Of a DNA stretch of 64,000 nt, positions 38,882 through 49,065 are shown piece by piece. Under the pieces are notes generated by a model, which was not told the DNA's origin, ran no database searches, and saw nothing but the letters and a program-made list of their open reading frames with translations. The stretch lies in assembly GCA_964469525.1 (NCBI GenBank), contig CAYXYU010000003.1, positions 33,185 through 97,184 of the forward strand, in the 5' to 3' direction. The stretch comes from an uncultured Rickettsiales bacterium. GTDB lineage: Bacteria > Pseudomonadota > Alphaproteobacteria > Rickettsiales > SXRF01. The translations under genes were made by a program, and so were the position numbers. Positions within the stretch are counted from its first letter, which is position 1. Each line of letters starts with the position of its first letter.

Positions 38882-40198
38882 TTAGAAAATCTTCATCTCC
38901 CCCACCTTGCACGGGTAGCAGAATTTAATTTTGCCGATGTTGGCTGCTGCGACCGGCCAGGGGCCGACGGCGGGATCGCGGTCATAGAGCGCGCCTGCCT
39001 TGCTGAAGAAGATGCCGGAGAAATCCGACGGCGCAGTAAAGGTGGCGCCGGAAGGGATTGCCACTGCCACCGCCTGGCCTTTCCGTATCGCTTCCATCTC
39101 ATCGTACTGGTACACTGCGAACGCCATCTCGCCGGCCGGCTTTTTGGTGAAGTCGGCGACGCCCTGCAGTGCGTACGTTCCATCGGATCTTTTGACGATG
39201 ACCGTATCGCAGCCCGGCGGCACGGAGGCAAGCGAATGGCAGGTTTTCGCCATGTAGATCATGTCGCCCTCCTGCAGTCCTTCATGCGGCAGATCGCCAT
39301 AGGCGAGGCGGGGTTGCACGGCATAACGCTGGAAGATTCCGTTTTCCTTATTATAGAGCGCTACGACCTGGGTCAGTTTCAGCGTATGCAGCAGCGACAG
39401 GGTAAAGGATGCGGCGTGGTGCGGTGCTTCCGGCGCTTCATGCCGCCCGGCCTCGATGCCGACCTGGCATTCGATGTTAGGCAGCGGCGAGAGGATAGTT
39501 TTCAGCGTCTGTACCGTGACGCCTGCCGAGGCATGGGTGGAAATTGCCTCGGCCAACCCGGTCAGCACGCTGCGGATGGGCGAATCTTTCAAATCCGCGT
39601 CGCGCTTGTGATCGGTGATGCAGAGCATGTTGCCGCGTGCCGAATGGATGTCGACAATGCCGTTTATATGCCTGCCGATGGCATACAGCTCATGCGCCCG
39701 CCGGATATGATGATTGTCGGGAACGCGGCTCAGGAAATCGACCGGGATGCGGTTCATATCGGGCAGCAGCCCGCCTTTGTCATCGACGCCGCTGCGGAAC
39801 ATGTCACGCATTTCCTGTGACGTACCGGGATATTGCCCCAGCGCGTCAAAATACTGCCCGGCCGCCAGCGGATTGCCGATGACTGCCAGCACGTCGCCCT
39901 CCAGCTTATTGGCGGCGGAGAGCGCCATTGCCAGCAATATGCCGGCCAGTCCGGCCGGCTCGTTGCCGTGCAGCTGCGCCAGAATGGCAAAAGGCGGTCC
40001 TTTTCTCTTTCCTTTGATCAGCGCGGCGCCGGGGATGGATTTGCCACCGATCTGGGCATGGCTGCTTGATACCGCCTCGCAGACCTGCCGCAGGTCGGTA
40101 AGCGTCAGCGGGTGGGAGAAGAAGCGGGCATGGAAGCGGGCGCTGTCCGGGTGATCGGAAAAATCATCATTGAATATCGATAGTAAAAGGGCTCTCAT
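38882..40198 (-). CDS. Succinylglutamate desuccinylase/aspartoacylase (AstE/AspA) family hydrolase
   Basis: Zn-binding HGNE, DMNR, DIHS and EAG motifs; start uncertain. Confidence 0.78.
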   Translation of the reverse strand: MRALLLSIFNDDFSDHPDSARFHARFFSHPLTLTDLRQVCEAVSSSHAQIGGKSIPGAALIKGKRKGPPFAILAQLHGNEPAGLAGILLAMALSAANKLEGDVLAVIGNPLAAGQYFDALGQYPGTSQEMRDMFRSGVDDKGGLLPDMNRIPVDFLSRVPDNHHIRRAHELYAIGRHINGIVDIHSARGNMLCITDHKRDADLKDSPIRSVLTGLAEAISTHASAGVTVQTLKTILSPLPNIECQVGIEAGRHEAPEAPHHAASFTLSLLHTLKLTQVVALYNKENGIFQRYAVQPRLAYGDLPHEGLQEGDMIYMAKTCHSLASVPPGCDTVIVKRSDGTYALQGVADFTKKPAGEMAFAVYQYDEMEAIRKGQAVAVAIPSGATFTAPSDFSGIFFSKAGALYDRDPAVGPWPVAAANIGKIKFCYPCKVGEMKIF

Positions 40199-40206
40199 GG
40201 GGGCAT

Positions 40207-41547
40207 ATGCTATCCGATGGAATCACAGAAGTCATCTTCGTTGGGCTGCCCGGCCCGACGCACCATTACGGCGGCCTGTCGCAGGACAATGTGGCTTCGG
40301 CCACCAACCGGGGCAACGTATCTAATCCGAAACAGGCGGCGCTGCAGGCGCTGGAGCTGGCGCGGCTGCTGAAGGGGCTGGGCGTCACCGCCGCCATCCT
40401 GCCGCCGCAGCTGCGCCCGCACCTGCCGCTCTTACGCCAGCATTTCACCGGCAGCGACGACGAGGTGATCGCGCAGGCTGCCAAACGCGCGCCGCAGTTG
40501 CTGGAAAAGGCCACGTCCTCCTCGGCGATGTGGACGGCCAATGCGGCGACTGTCGCACCGACGGTCGATTGCGCCGACGGTAAGCTGCACCTCACCACGG
40601 CCAATCTGTTTTCGCACCTGCATAGGCGCATCGAGGCGGAAGATACATACCGCACGCTGAAGGCGATATTCGAACACGTGCCGGATTGCGAAGTGCATCC
40701 GCCGCTACCAGCGTCGGCGGGACTGTATGACGAAGGCGCCGCCAACCATATGCGCCTTGCGCCGACGCAGTCGGCGCGCGGGCTGCATGTATTCGTCTAT
40801 GGCGGCGAGGGCGGCAGTGCCGATCCCGAGACGGCGCGCCAGCGCCTGGCCGCGTCGCAGGCGGTGGCGAAGCAGCACCTTCTGGCGGCGGAGGAAACGC
40901 TGTTCGTGAAGCAGAATCCGGTGGTGATCGCACAAGGGGTGTTCCACAACGACGTCATCGCCGTCAGCCATGAACATTTTCTGCTGGCGCATGCGCAGTC
41001 CTACGCCAACGGCGCGGAGGATATCGATCGCATCGCCGCCGCATTCCGGCAGCTCCACCCGCGGCATGAGCTGATCGTGCGGGTGATTACGGAAGAAGAA
41101 CTGTCGGTCGGGGAAGCGGTGCATACTTATTTCTTCAACAGCCAGATGGTGAGCCTGCAAACCGGCGGCATGGCAATCATCGCGCCGACGGAGGTGCAGG
41201 CGCTGTATGACGGCAAGGCGGCGCGGCTGCTGGAATCCATCCGGGAGGATGAGAGTAATCCGGTGGAGGCAGTGCATTACGTCGATCTGCGCCAGAGCAT
41301 GCGAAACGGCGGCGGCCCGGCCTGCCTGCGCCTGCGCGTGCCGATGACGGAAGCGCAGATGAAAGCGTTAGGGGAGAGCGTGCGCGTGCTGGCCGATGAC
41401 GTACTTCTGGCGGCACTGGAACGGCTGATCGAGGCGCGCTATCCGGACTGCCTGGCGCCGCAGGATCTGGGCGACCCGGCGCTGTACCACAACTGTCGCG
41501 CCCTGCTGGCCGAGCTCGGAGCGTTGATGCGGCTGCCGCTACTATAA
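40207..41547 (+). CDS. astB: N-succinylarginine dihydrolase
   Basis: GLPGPTHHYGGLS, SSSAMWTANAATV, DEGAANHMRL, VFHNDVIAVS and SMRNGGGPACLRLRV. Confidence 0.93.
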   Translation: MLSDGITEVIFVGLPGPTHHYGGLSQDNVASATNRGNVSNPKQAALQALELARLLKGLGVTAAILPPQLRPHLPLLRQHFTGSDDEVIAQAAKRAPQLLEKATSSSAMWTANAATVAPTVDCADGKLHLTTANLFSHLHRRIEAEDTYRTLKAIFEHVPDCEVHPPLPASAGLYDEGAANHMRLAPTQSARGLHVFVYGGEGGSADPETARQRLAASQAVAKQHLLAAEETLFVKQNPVVIAQGVFHNDVIAVSHEHFLLAHAQSYANGAEDIDRIAAAFRQLHPRHELIVRVITEEELSVGEAVHTYFFNSQMVSLQTGGMAIIAPTEVQALYDGKAARLLESIREDESNPVEAVHYVDLRQSMRNGGGPACLRLRVPMTEAQMKALGESVRVLADDVLLAALERLIEARYPDCLAPQDLGDPALYHNCRALLAELGALMRLPLL

Positions 41548-41551
41548 TATC

Positions 41552-41575
41552 CCCTCTCCCGCAGGCGGGAGAGGG
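41552..41575. repeat. CCCTCTCCC palindrome between convergent astB and SDR genes
   Basis: CCCTCTCCCGC-ag-GCGGGAGAGGG. Confidence 0.8.
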
Positions 41576-41584
41576 AAAACTGGA

Positions 41585-42352
41585 TTACAGCGAAGGCTTC
41601 GCCGGCAGCCGAGCGAAGAACCAGTCGGTGAGGGTGGGCGGCAGGCAGGAAAGCCACCAGAACGGCAGGTGCAGCGCCAGCGGAAAGGCGATGCGCGCGC
41701 GGTTCTTTTCCAGCCCGCGTGCGATGATGCGGGCGGCCTTATCGGCCTCCATCAGGAAAGGCATCGGGTAATCGTTGATGTCGGTCATTGGCGTCTTCAC
41801 GTAACCCGGGCAGACGACCGACACCTCCACGCCATGCGTTCCGAGCCAGCCGCGCAGGCCTTCGCCGTAAGCGCGCACGCAGGCCTTGCTCGCGCTGTAG
41901 GCCGGGCAGCTCGGCAGTCCGCGCGTGCCCGCCAGCGAGCTGACCAGCGCGATCTGGCCGCGTTTCCGCGCTGCCATGCGCGGAATCAGCGGCTGCACCG
42001 TATTGACCACGCCGCTGATGTTGGTGGCGAAGATCTCGCGCACCTGCTCGCCGGTCTCGCCGTGAATGCCGGTGCCCGCCGAGATACCAGCATTCGCGAT
42101 GACGAGATCGACCGGCTGCCCGGCGTCGATTCCCGCGAGCCACTGTTCCATGGCGATCTTGTCGGTGACGTCGAGGAGCTTTAGTTCTACCGCCGCATGC
42201 TTTTCCCGGCATGCGGCGGCCACGCGTTCCAGCCTGCTGCTATCGCGCCCCTGCAGGTGCAGCATCACGCCGGGAGCGGCATAGTGCCGCGCCAGCGCAG
42301 CCCCAAGGCCGCTGCTAGCCCCTGTTATCACAATATTTTTCGGGTTTTTCAT
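41585..42352 (-). CDS. Short-chain dehydrogenase/reductase
   Basis: ITGASSGLG, ANAG and YSASK; start set at MKNPKN. Confidence 0.9.
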   Translation of the reverse strand: MKNPKNIVITGASSGLGAALARHYAAPGVMLHLQGRDSSRLERVAAACREKHAAVELKLLDVTDKIAMEQWLAGIDAGQPVDLVIANAGISAGTGIHGETGEQVREIFATNISGVVNTVQPLIPRMAARKRGQIALVSSLAGTRGLPSCPAYSASKACVRAYGEGLRGWLGTHGVEVSVVCPGYVKTPMTDINDYPMPFLMEADKAARIIARGLEKNRARIAFPLALHLPFWWLSCLPPTLTDWFFARLPAKPSL

Positions 42353-42429
42353 GGAAAAGTAACCATTGGTTCCGTATACTGGAAGGGTATACAGACGGAT
42401 AGAAGATAAAGCAATCACAGCAGGCAATC

Positions 42430-42984
42430 ATGAGCAGTAAGAAATCCCTGTGCGTCTTTTGCGGCGCATCCAATAACGTTCCCAAAAAATTCCTCGATAT
42501 CGGCGCCGAATTCGGCGATCTCCTCGCCAAGAACGACATCACGCTGGTTTATGGCGGCGGCGATTGCGGCGTCATGGGCGCCGTGGCCAATTCGGTCATG
42601 GGCGGCGGCGGGCATGTCACCGGCGTGTTCCCGGTCAGCCTGCGCAATATCGAGAACGAGCACCAGTCGCTTAGCGAGATCATTATCGTCGGCACCATGC
42701 ATGAGCGCAAGATGACCATGTTCGAAAAATCGGACGCCTTCATCGTCTTCCCCGGCGGCTTCGGCACCATGGACGAGATGTTCGAGATCCTGACCTGGAA
42801 GATTCTGCTGCTGCACGACAAGCCGGTGGTGATTTTCAACTATCAGGGTTATTGGGATCCGCTGATCGCGCTAATGAAAAATATCATCGAGGTCGGCTTT
42901 GCGCGGCCTGAAGTGGCCACCTATTACCACGTGGTGACCGAGCTCGAGCAGATCCTCGACGTGCTCGAATTCAAAACAGTTTGA
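42430..42984 (+). CDS. LOG-family nucleotide phosphoribohydrolase
   Basis: CVFCGAS, LVYGGG, MHERK and PGGFGTMDE. Confidence 0.92.
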   Translation: MSSKKSLCVFCGASNNVPKKFLDIGAEFGDLLAKNDITLVYGGGDCGVMGAVANSVMGGGGHVTGVFPVSLRNIENEHQSLSEIIIVGTMHERKMTMFEKSDAFIVFPGGFGTMDEMFEILTWKILLLHDKPVVIFNYQGYWDPLIALMKNIIEVGFARPEVATYYHVVTELEQILDVLEFKTV

Positions 42985-43624
42985 CCGCCACCGTAAGCCC
43001 CTCCTGCGTGGGAATCAGCGTTGAGAAATAACGCTGCGGGTCGGCCAGCCGCTCGTTAAATAGCTGCATGGCGTGCCAGGTGGCGGGAGCGACATGCGGC
43101 GGCGGTGCCTCGAGCCCCATGCTGCCGAATAGCAGCGTATTGTCGGCGATGATCATGCCGCCTTTCCGGACATTCGTTTCCGCCCAATCCAGGTAGTCGT
43201 TGTAGCTGAGCTTATCGGCATCGATGAACACCAGGTCGAACGGTCCTTCTGCCGCAAGCTGTGGCAATACGTCATGCGCGTCGCCCGCCAGCTGCGTGAT
43301 CTTCTCTTTCAGCGGCGACTGGTCGAAGAAATGCGCCGCCATCGATATATGCTCGGGTTCCTTGTCGATAGTGTAAATATGCCCGTCCTCCGGCAGTGCC
43401 GCCGCTATCCACAGGGTGGAATAGCCGGCGAGCGTCCCGATCTCGACCAACTTCTTCGCGCCGTGCAGCCCGACCAGCAATTGCAGCAGCTTTCCTTCCT
43501 CCGCCCCGATATGCATATGGATGCCGAGCTTGTGCAGGGTGGCGTCGATGCTTTTCAGCAAGCTGTCTTGCGGCGCGTAGAGCTTGCGGATATAGTCGAG
43601 GGCGAGCGTAACCTGGCGCGTCAT
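42971..43624 (-). CDS. O-methyltransferase (caffeoyl-CoA OMT-like)
   Basis: VEIGTLAGYST, FDLVFIDADK and GGMIIADN. Confidence 0.9.
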   Translation of the reverse strand: MTRQVTLALDYIRKLYAPQDSLLKSIDATLHKLGIHMHIGAEEGKLLQLLVGLHGAKKLVEIGTLAGYSTLWIAAALPEDGHIYTIDKEPEHISMAAHFFDQSPLKEKITQLAGDAHDVLPQLAAEGPFDLVFIDADKLSYNDYLDWAETNVRKGGMIIADNTLLFGSMGLEAPPPHVAPATWHAMQLFNERLADPQRYFSTLIPTQEGLTVAVKLF

Positions 43625-43640
43625 GAGGAAGTGGATAAGG

Positions 43641-43680
43641 GGATGATCGGATGACCAGATTACCAGATGATCGGGTGATG
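43641..43680. repeat. Degenerate 8-mer tandem repeat at the recJ start
   Basis: ggatgatc|ggatgacc|agattacc|agatgatc|gggtgatg. Confidence 0.7.
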
Positions 43681-45468
43681 ATACAACCCGCTATTGATCA
43701 TCCGACCACCCAATCATGGAGTCTCACTTCTCTGACCGGTCGCGAATGGATACAGCGCGCTGCCGAGGAGCGTGACGTCATAGCGCTGATGCAGCGCCAC
43801 GGCCTGCCGGAAATAGTCGCCCGCGTCCTGGCAGCGCGCGGCGTCCCTCTGGACGAAGTAGAAACTTTCCTGACGCCGAGCTTAAAGGCGGCGCTGCCCG
43901 ATCCTTCGCACCTGCAGGATATGGACGCAGCGGCGGAGCGCGTGGCGGCGGCTGTCATGAGTGGCGAGCGAGTCGCCATCTTCGGTGATTATGACGTGGA
44001 CGGCGCCACTTCCTCGGCGCTGCTGATGCGCTATTTCCGGGCGCTGGGCGCCGAGCCCATCGTCTATATCCCCGACCGCGTGAAGGAGGGCTACGGGCCC
44101 AATGCACCGGCACTGCTGGCGCTGAAGGAATGCGGCGCTTCAGTGGTGATTACCGTTGATTGCGGCACGCTCGCCTTCGAGCCGCTGGTCGCCGCGCATC
44201 AGGCGGGGCTCGATGTCATCGTCGTCGACCACCATATCGGCGAGGTGCGTCTGCCCAAGGCGTTGGCGGTAGTCAATCCCAACCGGCTCGATGAAACCTC
44301 GCCGCACCGCCAGCTCGCCGCCGTCGGCGTGACGTTCCTGCTGGTCGTGGCGGTGAACCGGACTTTGCGCAAGACAGGATTTTTTGTAAGTCAGCGTGAA
44401 CCCGACCTTCGCCAGTGGCTCGACCTGGTGGCGCTCGGCACCATCTGCGACGTGGTGCCGCTGACCGGCGTCAACCGGGCGCTGGTGGCGCAGGGCTTGA
44501 AGCTTATCGCCGGGCGGGGCAATACCGGCATGCGAACGGTGCTCGATCTCGCCAGGGTCAGCGAAAAACCCGGCGTCTATCATTGCGGTTTCGTCATCGG
44601 GCCGCGCATCAATGCGGGCGGGCGTGTCGGAAAATCCGATCTGGGCGTGCGGCTGCTGACCACGGACGATGAGGTCGAAGCGCTGGCGCTGGCCAAGGAG
44701 CTGGAGCAGCATAATGCCGAGCGCAAGGCGATCGAATCACAAGTGCTGGAAGAAGCGATGATGCAGGCCGAGGCGGTACCGCCGGAATGCCCGCTGATCC
44801 TGCTGGCGGGCAGGGGCTGGCATCAGGGCGTTATCGGCATCGTGGCCGGCCGCGTTAAGGAACGCTTCCATAAGCCCACCGCTATCGTTGCGCTGGAAAA
44901 CGGTATCGGCAAGGCTTCTGCCCGCTCGGTGCCGGGGGTCGATTTCGGCGCGGCAGTAATCGCGGCGCGCGATGCGGGGCTGCTGATGGCGGGCGGCGGC
45001 CATGCCATGGCGGCGGGATTTACGGTAGAGGAAGATAAAATACCCCCCTTGAAGGAATTTTTATCGCAACGCATGCGGACAGTCATTCCGGAAACAGGTC
45101 CAATACGTCGGGTGATGCTCGATGGCACTTTGAGTATTGCCGGCGCCGTACCGGAGGTTGTGGCACGGCTGGACTGCCTGGGTCCGTTCGGGCAGGGTAA
45201 TCCCGCCATCCGGCTGGCGGTACAGAACGTCATCAACCTGCGGCCCGAGCCGGTGAATGATGCGCATGTCAAAACACTGCTGATCGACCGCCTGAGCAAC
45301 GCGCGACTTTCCGCCATTGCCTTCCGCGTGATGGGAACGAAGCTGGGTGAGGTGCTGCTTTCGACCCGCGGTAAGACGCTGGATGTCGCCGGGCAGTTGC
45401 GCGTGCAAGAATGGAACGGGCGGCAGCAGGTGAACCTGCTGATTGATGATGTCGCCATCGCCGCATAA
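43651..45468 (+). CDS. recJ: ssDNA exonuclease RecJ (start 43651 or 43678)
   Basis: FGDYDVDGATS, TVDCG, VDHH, LGTICDVVPL and GGGHAMAAG. Confidence 0.96.
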   Translation: MTRLPDDRVMIQPAIDHPTTQSWSLTSLTGREWIQRAAEERDVIALMQRHGLPEIVARVLAARGVPLDEVETFLTPSLKAALPDPSHLQDMDAAAERVAAAVMSGERVAIFGDYDVDGATSSALLMRYFRALGAEPIVYIPDRVKEGYGPNAPALLALKECGASVVITVDCGTLAFEPLVAAHQAGLDVIVVDHHIGEVRLPKALAVVNPNRLDETSPHRQLAAVGVTFLLVVAVNRTLRKTGFFVSQREPDLRQWLDLVALGTICDVVPLTGVNRALVAQGLKLIAGRGNTGMRTVLDLARVSEKPGVYHCGFVIGPRINAGGRVGKSDLGVRLLTTDDEVEALALAKELEQHNAERKAIESQVLEEAMMQAEAVPPECPLILLAGRGWHQGVIGIVAGRVKERFHKPTAIVALENGIGKASARSVPGVDFGAAVIAARDAGLLMAGGGHAMAAGFTVEEDKIPPLKEFLSQRMRTVIPETGPIRRVMLDGTLSIAGAVPEVVARLDCLGPFGQGNPAIRLAVQNVINLRPEPVNDAHVKTLLIDRLSNARLSAIAFRVMGTKLGEVLLSTRGKTLDVAGQLRVQEWNGRQQVNLLIDDVAIAA

Positions 45469-45595
45469 GTCGGGTAAGCGGCGCATTGCAGGGTCCGGTA
45501 AATTATTCTATAAGCGGCATGATGATAGTGTTTCCTTATAGTGGCTTATTATGGTCCATGGGTGTTACCGGGCCTCGTAACATGCGGGGGGTAAT

Positions 45596-46450
45596 GTGAC
45601 TCCCCTGGCGCTCGCCCTGCATCGCTTAAAAAAGCCGAGCATTATCCCCGGGTTCGGTGTAACGCTCGCCTTTACCCTGATCTATCTGGCACTGATCGTG
45701 CTCATTCCGCTGTCGGGGTTGTTCATTAAAACGGCGACCTTGAGTTGGGGAGAATTCTGGCAGACGGTGACCAGTGATCGTATCATGCACGCCTACAAGA
45801 TCAGCTTCGGCCTGTCCTTCGCGGCGGCCCTGATTAACTGCTTCTTCGGGCTGATTCTCGCCTGGGTGCTGGCGCGCTACCGCTTTCCCTTCAAGAAGAT
45901 CATCGATGCCATGGTCGATCTGCCCTTTGCACTTCCCACCGCCGTGGCCGGTATCGCCTTAACCGCGCTCTATGCGCCGCGCGGCTGGATCGGGCAGTAT
46001 CTCGTACCGCTTGGTATTCAGGTTGCTTTCACGCCGCTCGGCATCCTGATCGCGCTGGTGTTCGTCGGGCTGCCGTTCGTGGTGCGCACGGTCGAGCCGA
46101 TTCTGCAGGATGCTGACCGCGAGGTCGAGGAGGCGGCGATGAGCCTGGGCGCGACGCGCTGGCAGACTTTCTGGCAGGTGATCCTGCCGAGCGTCATTCC
46201 GGCCTTGCTTACCGGCTTTGCCATGGCGTTTGCGCGCGCGCTCGGTGAATACGGCTCGGTTATCTTCATCGCCGGAAACATTCCCCGAGTGTCGGAGATC
46301 GTGCCGCTGGTCATCGTCATCAAGCTCGAGCAGTACGACTATGCCGGCGCCACCGCCATCGCTTCGGTGATGCTGGTCATCTCCTTCATTCTGCTGTTCA
46401 TCATCAACTGGCTCCAGAAATGGACCGGCAGCCATTCGGTGCGCGCATGA
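45596..46450 (+). CDS. cysT: Sulfate ABC permease CysT
   Basis: VDLPFALPTAVAG, EEAAMSLGA and ARALGEYGSVIFIAGN. Confidence 0.95.
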   Translation: MTPLALALHRLKKPSIIPGFGVTLAFTLIYLALIVLIPLSGLFIKTATLSWGEFWQTVTSDRIMHAYKISFGLSFAAALINCFFGLILAWVLARYRFPFKKIIDAMVDLPFALPTAVAGIALTALYAPRGWIGQYLVPLGIQVAFTPLGILIALVFVGLPFVVRTVEPILQDADREVEEAAMSLGATRWQTFWQVILPSVIPALLTGFAMAFARALGEYGSVIFIAGNIPRVSEIVPLVIVIKLEQYDYAGATAIASVMLVISFILLFIINWLQKWTGSHSVRA

Positions 46451-47301
46451 GCGTGTTTGCGCGTCCGTCTCCGATCAGCGAGGCCTGGTGGATCAAGCTC
46501 CTGCTGTTGCTGACCGGTTTGAGCTTCATGGGGATACTGGTGGCGTTGCCGTTGGCGGCGATCTTCGCCGAGGCGTTTCGCCAGGGCTGGGTAGCTTACC
46601 GCGACGCGTTGGCCGATCCCTTAGCGCAATCGGCCATTCGTCTAACGCTGCTGGTGGCTGCGATCGCCGTGCCGTGCAATGTCATCTTCGGTATCGCCGC
46701 TTCCTGGGCCATTGCCAAGTTCGAATTCATCGGCAAGCGGCTGCTCATTACCTTCATCGACCTGCCGTTTTCCGTATCGCCGGTGATCGCCGGCCTGATT
46801 TATGTGCTGCTGTTCGGGGCGGAGAGCATGCTCGGAGAATTTTTCCTGAAGCATGACATCCAGATCCTCTTCGCCGTGCCGGGGCTGGTCATTGCCACCG
46901 TCTTCGTCACTTTCCCTTTCGTGGCGCGCGAGCTGATCCCGCTGATGGAAGAACAGGGCACGGAAGAAGAAGAGGCCGCGATCATGCTGGGCGCGAATGG
47001 CTGGCGCACCTTCTTCTCGGTGACGCTGCCCAACATCAAGTGGGGCCTGCTCTACGGCGTCCTGCTGTGCAATGCCCGTGCCATGGGCGAGTTCGGCGCC
47101 GTGTCGGTGGTCTCCGGCCATATCAAGGGCTTGACCAACACCATTCCGCTGCATGTCGAAATCCTCTATAATGAGTATAATTTCGTCGCTGCCTTCGCCG
47201 TGGCTTCGATACTGACCATTCTGGCGCTGGTGACGCTCTTGCTTAAGACGCTGATTGAATTTAAATTCGCCGGCGAAATAAAGGCGCAGAGAAAAGGATG
47301 A
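46447..47301 (+). CDS. cysW: Sulfate ABC permease CysW
   Basis: IDLPFSVSPVIAG and NARAMGEFGAVSVVSG; ATGA overlap with cysT. Confidence 0.95.
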   Translation: MSVFARPSPISEAWWIKLLLLLTGLSFMGILVALPLAAIFAEAFRQGWVAYRDALADPLAQSAIRLTLLVAAIAVPCNVIFGIAASWAIAKFEFIGKRLLITFIDLPFSVSPVIAGLIYVLLFGAESMLGEFFLKHDIQILFAVPGLVIATVFVTFPFVARELIPLMEEQGTEEEEAAIMLGANGWRTFFSVTLPNIKWGLLYGVLLCNARAMGEFGAVSVVSGHIKGLTNTIPLHVEILYNEYNFVAAFAVASILTILALVTLLLKTLIEFKFAGEIKAQRKG

Positions 47302-47654
47302 CCATGCCGGCTGCCTACATACCGTTCTTTACGATTGGACTGCTGCTGCTGTCCAACATCTTCATGACGTTTGCCTGGTACGGGCATTTGAAATACCTCT
47401 CGGTGGCGCTGCCGCTGGTCGTGCTGGCCAGCTGGGGCATCGCCTTTTTCGAATATTGCTTCCAGGTACCCGCCAACCGTTACGGCTACGGGTATTTCTC
47501 GGGCGTCGAGCTGAAGGTGATCCAGGAAATAATCACGCTGCTGGTGTTTGTTGTGTTCTCGACGCTGTATCTTGGCGAGTCCGTCAAATGGAACCATTAC
47601 GTAGGTTTCCTGCTGATTTGCCTCGCGGTCTATGTCATTTTCAGGAAATGGTAG
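47298..47654 (+). CDS. DMT-family small membrane protein (DUF486-like)
   Basis: SNIFMTFAWYGHLK, FEYCFQVPANRYG and ELKVIQEIITL. Confidence 0.85.
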   Translation: MTMPAAYIPFFTIGLLLLSNIFMTFAWYGHLKYLSVALPLVVLASWGIAFFEYCFQVPANRYGYGYFSGVELKVIQEIITLLVFVVFSTLYLGESVKWNHYVGFLLICLAVYVIFRKW

Positions 47655-47663
47655 CAAGGGCTG

Positions 47664-48890
47664 ATGGGCATCGAGGTTAAAAACATCCGCAAGAATTTCG
47701 GCGACTTCGCGGCGCTGGACGACGTCAACCTGAAGGTGGATGACGGCGAGCTGGTGGCGCTGCTCGGGCCCAGCGGCTCCGGCAAGACGACGCTCTTACG
47801 CATCATTGCCGGGCTGGAATATGCCGATGCCGGGCAGGTGCTGATCGACGGCTACGAAGCGAACGACCTCAAGGTGAAGGAGCGGAAAGTCGGCTTCGTC
47901 TTCCAGCATTACGCGCTGTTCAAGCACATGACGGTGTTTGACAACGTGGCATTCGGCCTGCGTGTAAGGCCCCAGACTATCCGGCCATCGAACGATGAGA
48001 TCGAGCAGCGCGTGATGGATCTCCTGAAGCTGGTGCATCTCGACCGCTTCTATGACCGCTACCCGTCGCAGCTCTCGGGCGGGCAGCGGCAGCGCGTGGC
48101 GCTGGCGCGTTCGCTGGCGGTGGAGCCGAAGCTGCTGCTGCTTGACGAGCCGTTTGGCGCTCTCGACGCCAAGGTGCGCAAGGAGTTGCGCCGCTGGCTT
48201 CGGCGCCTGCATGATGACATTCACATCACCAGCATCTTCGTTACGCATGACCAGGAGGAGGCGATGGAAGTTTCCGACCGCGTGGTGGTGATGAACGCGG
48301 GCAAGATCGAGCAGGTCGGGACGCCCGAGGAAGTGTATCACCACCCGGTCAATGGCTTCATCTACGACTTCCTCGGCAACTACAATGAGTTCGCCGGCTG
48401 GAAGGACGAGCACGGCGACATCCATCTGGCGGAAGACGATCTGTGGTCGCAGGCCTCGCAGACCACCGCGCCGCAGCCGCAGCAGGCGCGGCCGCACTGG
48501 CTGGCGCGCTACCCGGAACTGACCCAGGCGCTGCGCAAGGTGGTGCCCGGCCTGCCGCTGCCGCTGCTTGGCCCGCAGGCGGCGCGCGGCACATCGAAGA
48601 TGACACGCAGCCAGATGCGCACGCTGCTCGCTGAGCGCGGCATCCCGGTGCGCGTGTTCGCCCGCCCGCATGAGATGTTCGTCACCAAGGAACCCGAGGA
48701 AGGGCAGGAGTACCTGCCGGTCGAGGTGATCCATGTCAACCCGGCGGGGTCGCTGGCCAAGATCGAGATGCAGCGCAAGAACGGCGTCGTGCTGCAGGCG
48801 GAGATTCCCAAGACCATCATCGACCAGCTGGCGATTAAAAAGGGCGAGAGAATATTCGTGCGGCCGAAGAACATCCGGGTGTTTGAATGA
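47664..48890 (+). CDS. cysA: Sulfate ABC ATPase CysA with a Pro/Gln/Arg-rich insert
   Basis: [26 protein letters not shown] and a C-terminal TOBE-like domain. Confidence 0.94.
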   Translation: MGIEVKNIRKNFGDFAALDDVNLKVDDGELVALLGPSGSGKTTLLRIIAGLEYADAGQVLIDGYEANDLKVKERKVGFVFQHYALFKHMTVFDNVAFGLRVRPQTIRPSNDEIEQRVMDLLKLVHLDRFYDRYPSQLSGGQRQRVALARSLAVEPKLLLLDEPFGALDAKVRKELRRWLRRLHDDIHITSIFVTHDQEEAMEVSDRVVVMNAGKIEQVGTPEEVYHHPVNGFIYDFLGNYNEFAGWKDEHGDIHLAEDDLWSQASQTTAPQPQQARPHWLARYPELTQALRKVVPGLPLPLLGPQAARGTSKMTRSQMRTLLAERGIPVRVFARPHEMFVTKEPEEGQEYLPVEVIHVNPAGSLAKIEMQRKNGVVLQAEIPKTIIDQLAIKKGERIFVRPKNIRVFE

Positions 48891-48893
48891 ACC

Positions 48894-48921
48894 GTCAGGT
48901 GTCGGGTGTCATGCCTCAGGT
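48894..48921. repeat. Degenerate 7-mer tandem repeat
   Basis: gtcaggt|gtcgggt|gtcatgc|ctcaggt. Confidence 0.55.
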
Positions 48922-48931
48922 AAGGGATGGT

Positions 48932-49030
48932 CGTCATCACCCGAATCGCGTCAGCGATTCTAGGGTGATCCAGTTTTTATATAGACTGGATTCCCCTAGA
49001 ATTTTGCTGTGCAAAATTCGGGGAATGACG
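48932..49030. repeat. Family I CGTC REP-like doublet C
   Basis: CGTC-ATCACCC-GAATCGC-gtca-GCGATTC-TA-GGGTGAT-CCAG, a 12-nt spacer, then CTGG-ATTCCCC-TA-GAATTTTGC-tgt-GCAAAATTC-GGGGAAT-GACG. Confidence 0.92.
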
Positions 49031-49065
49031 GATTATCACTTACCACTCGCCACGGGGAGTATCGT

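Noticed and set aside
49009-49065. N-terminal extensions in the ORF track for pgsA (and FRG, GIY-YIG)
   Set aside because: The upstream starts fall within REP elements; downstream starts have better RBS and family-typical N-termini.
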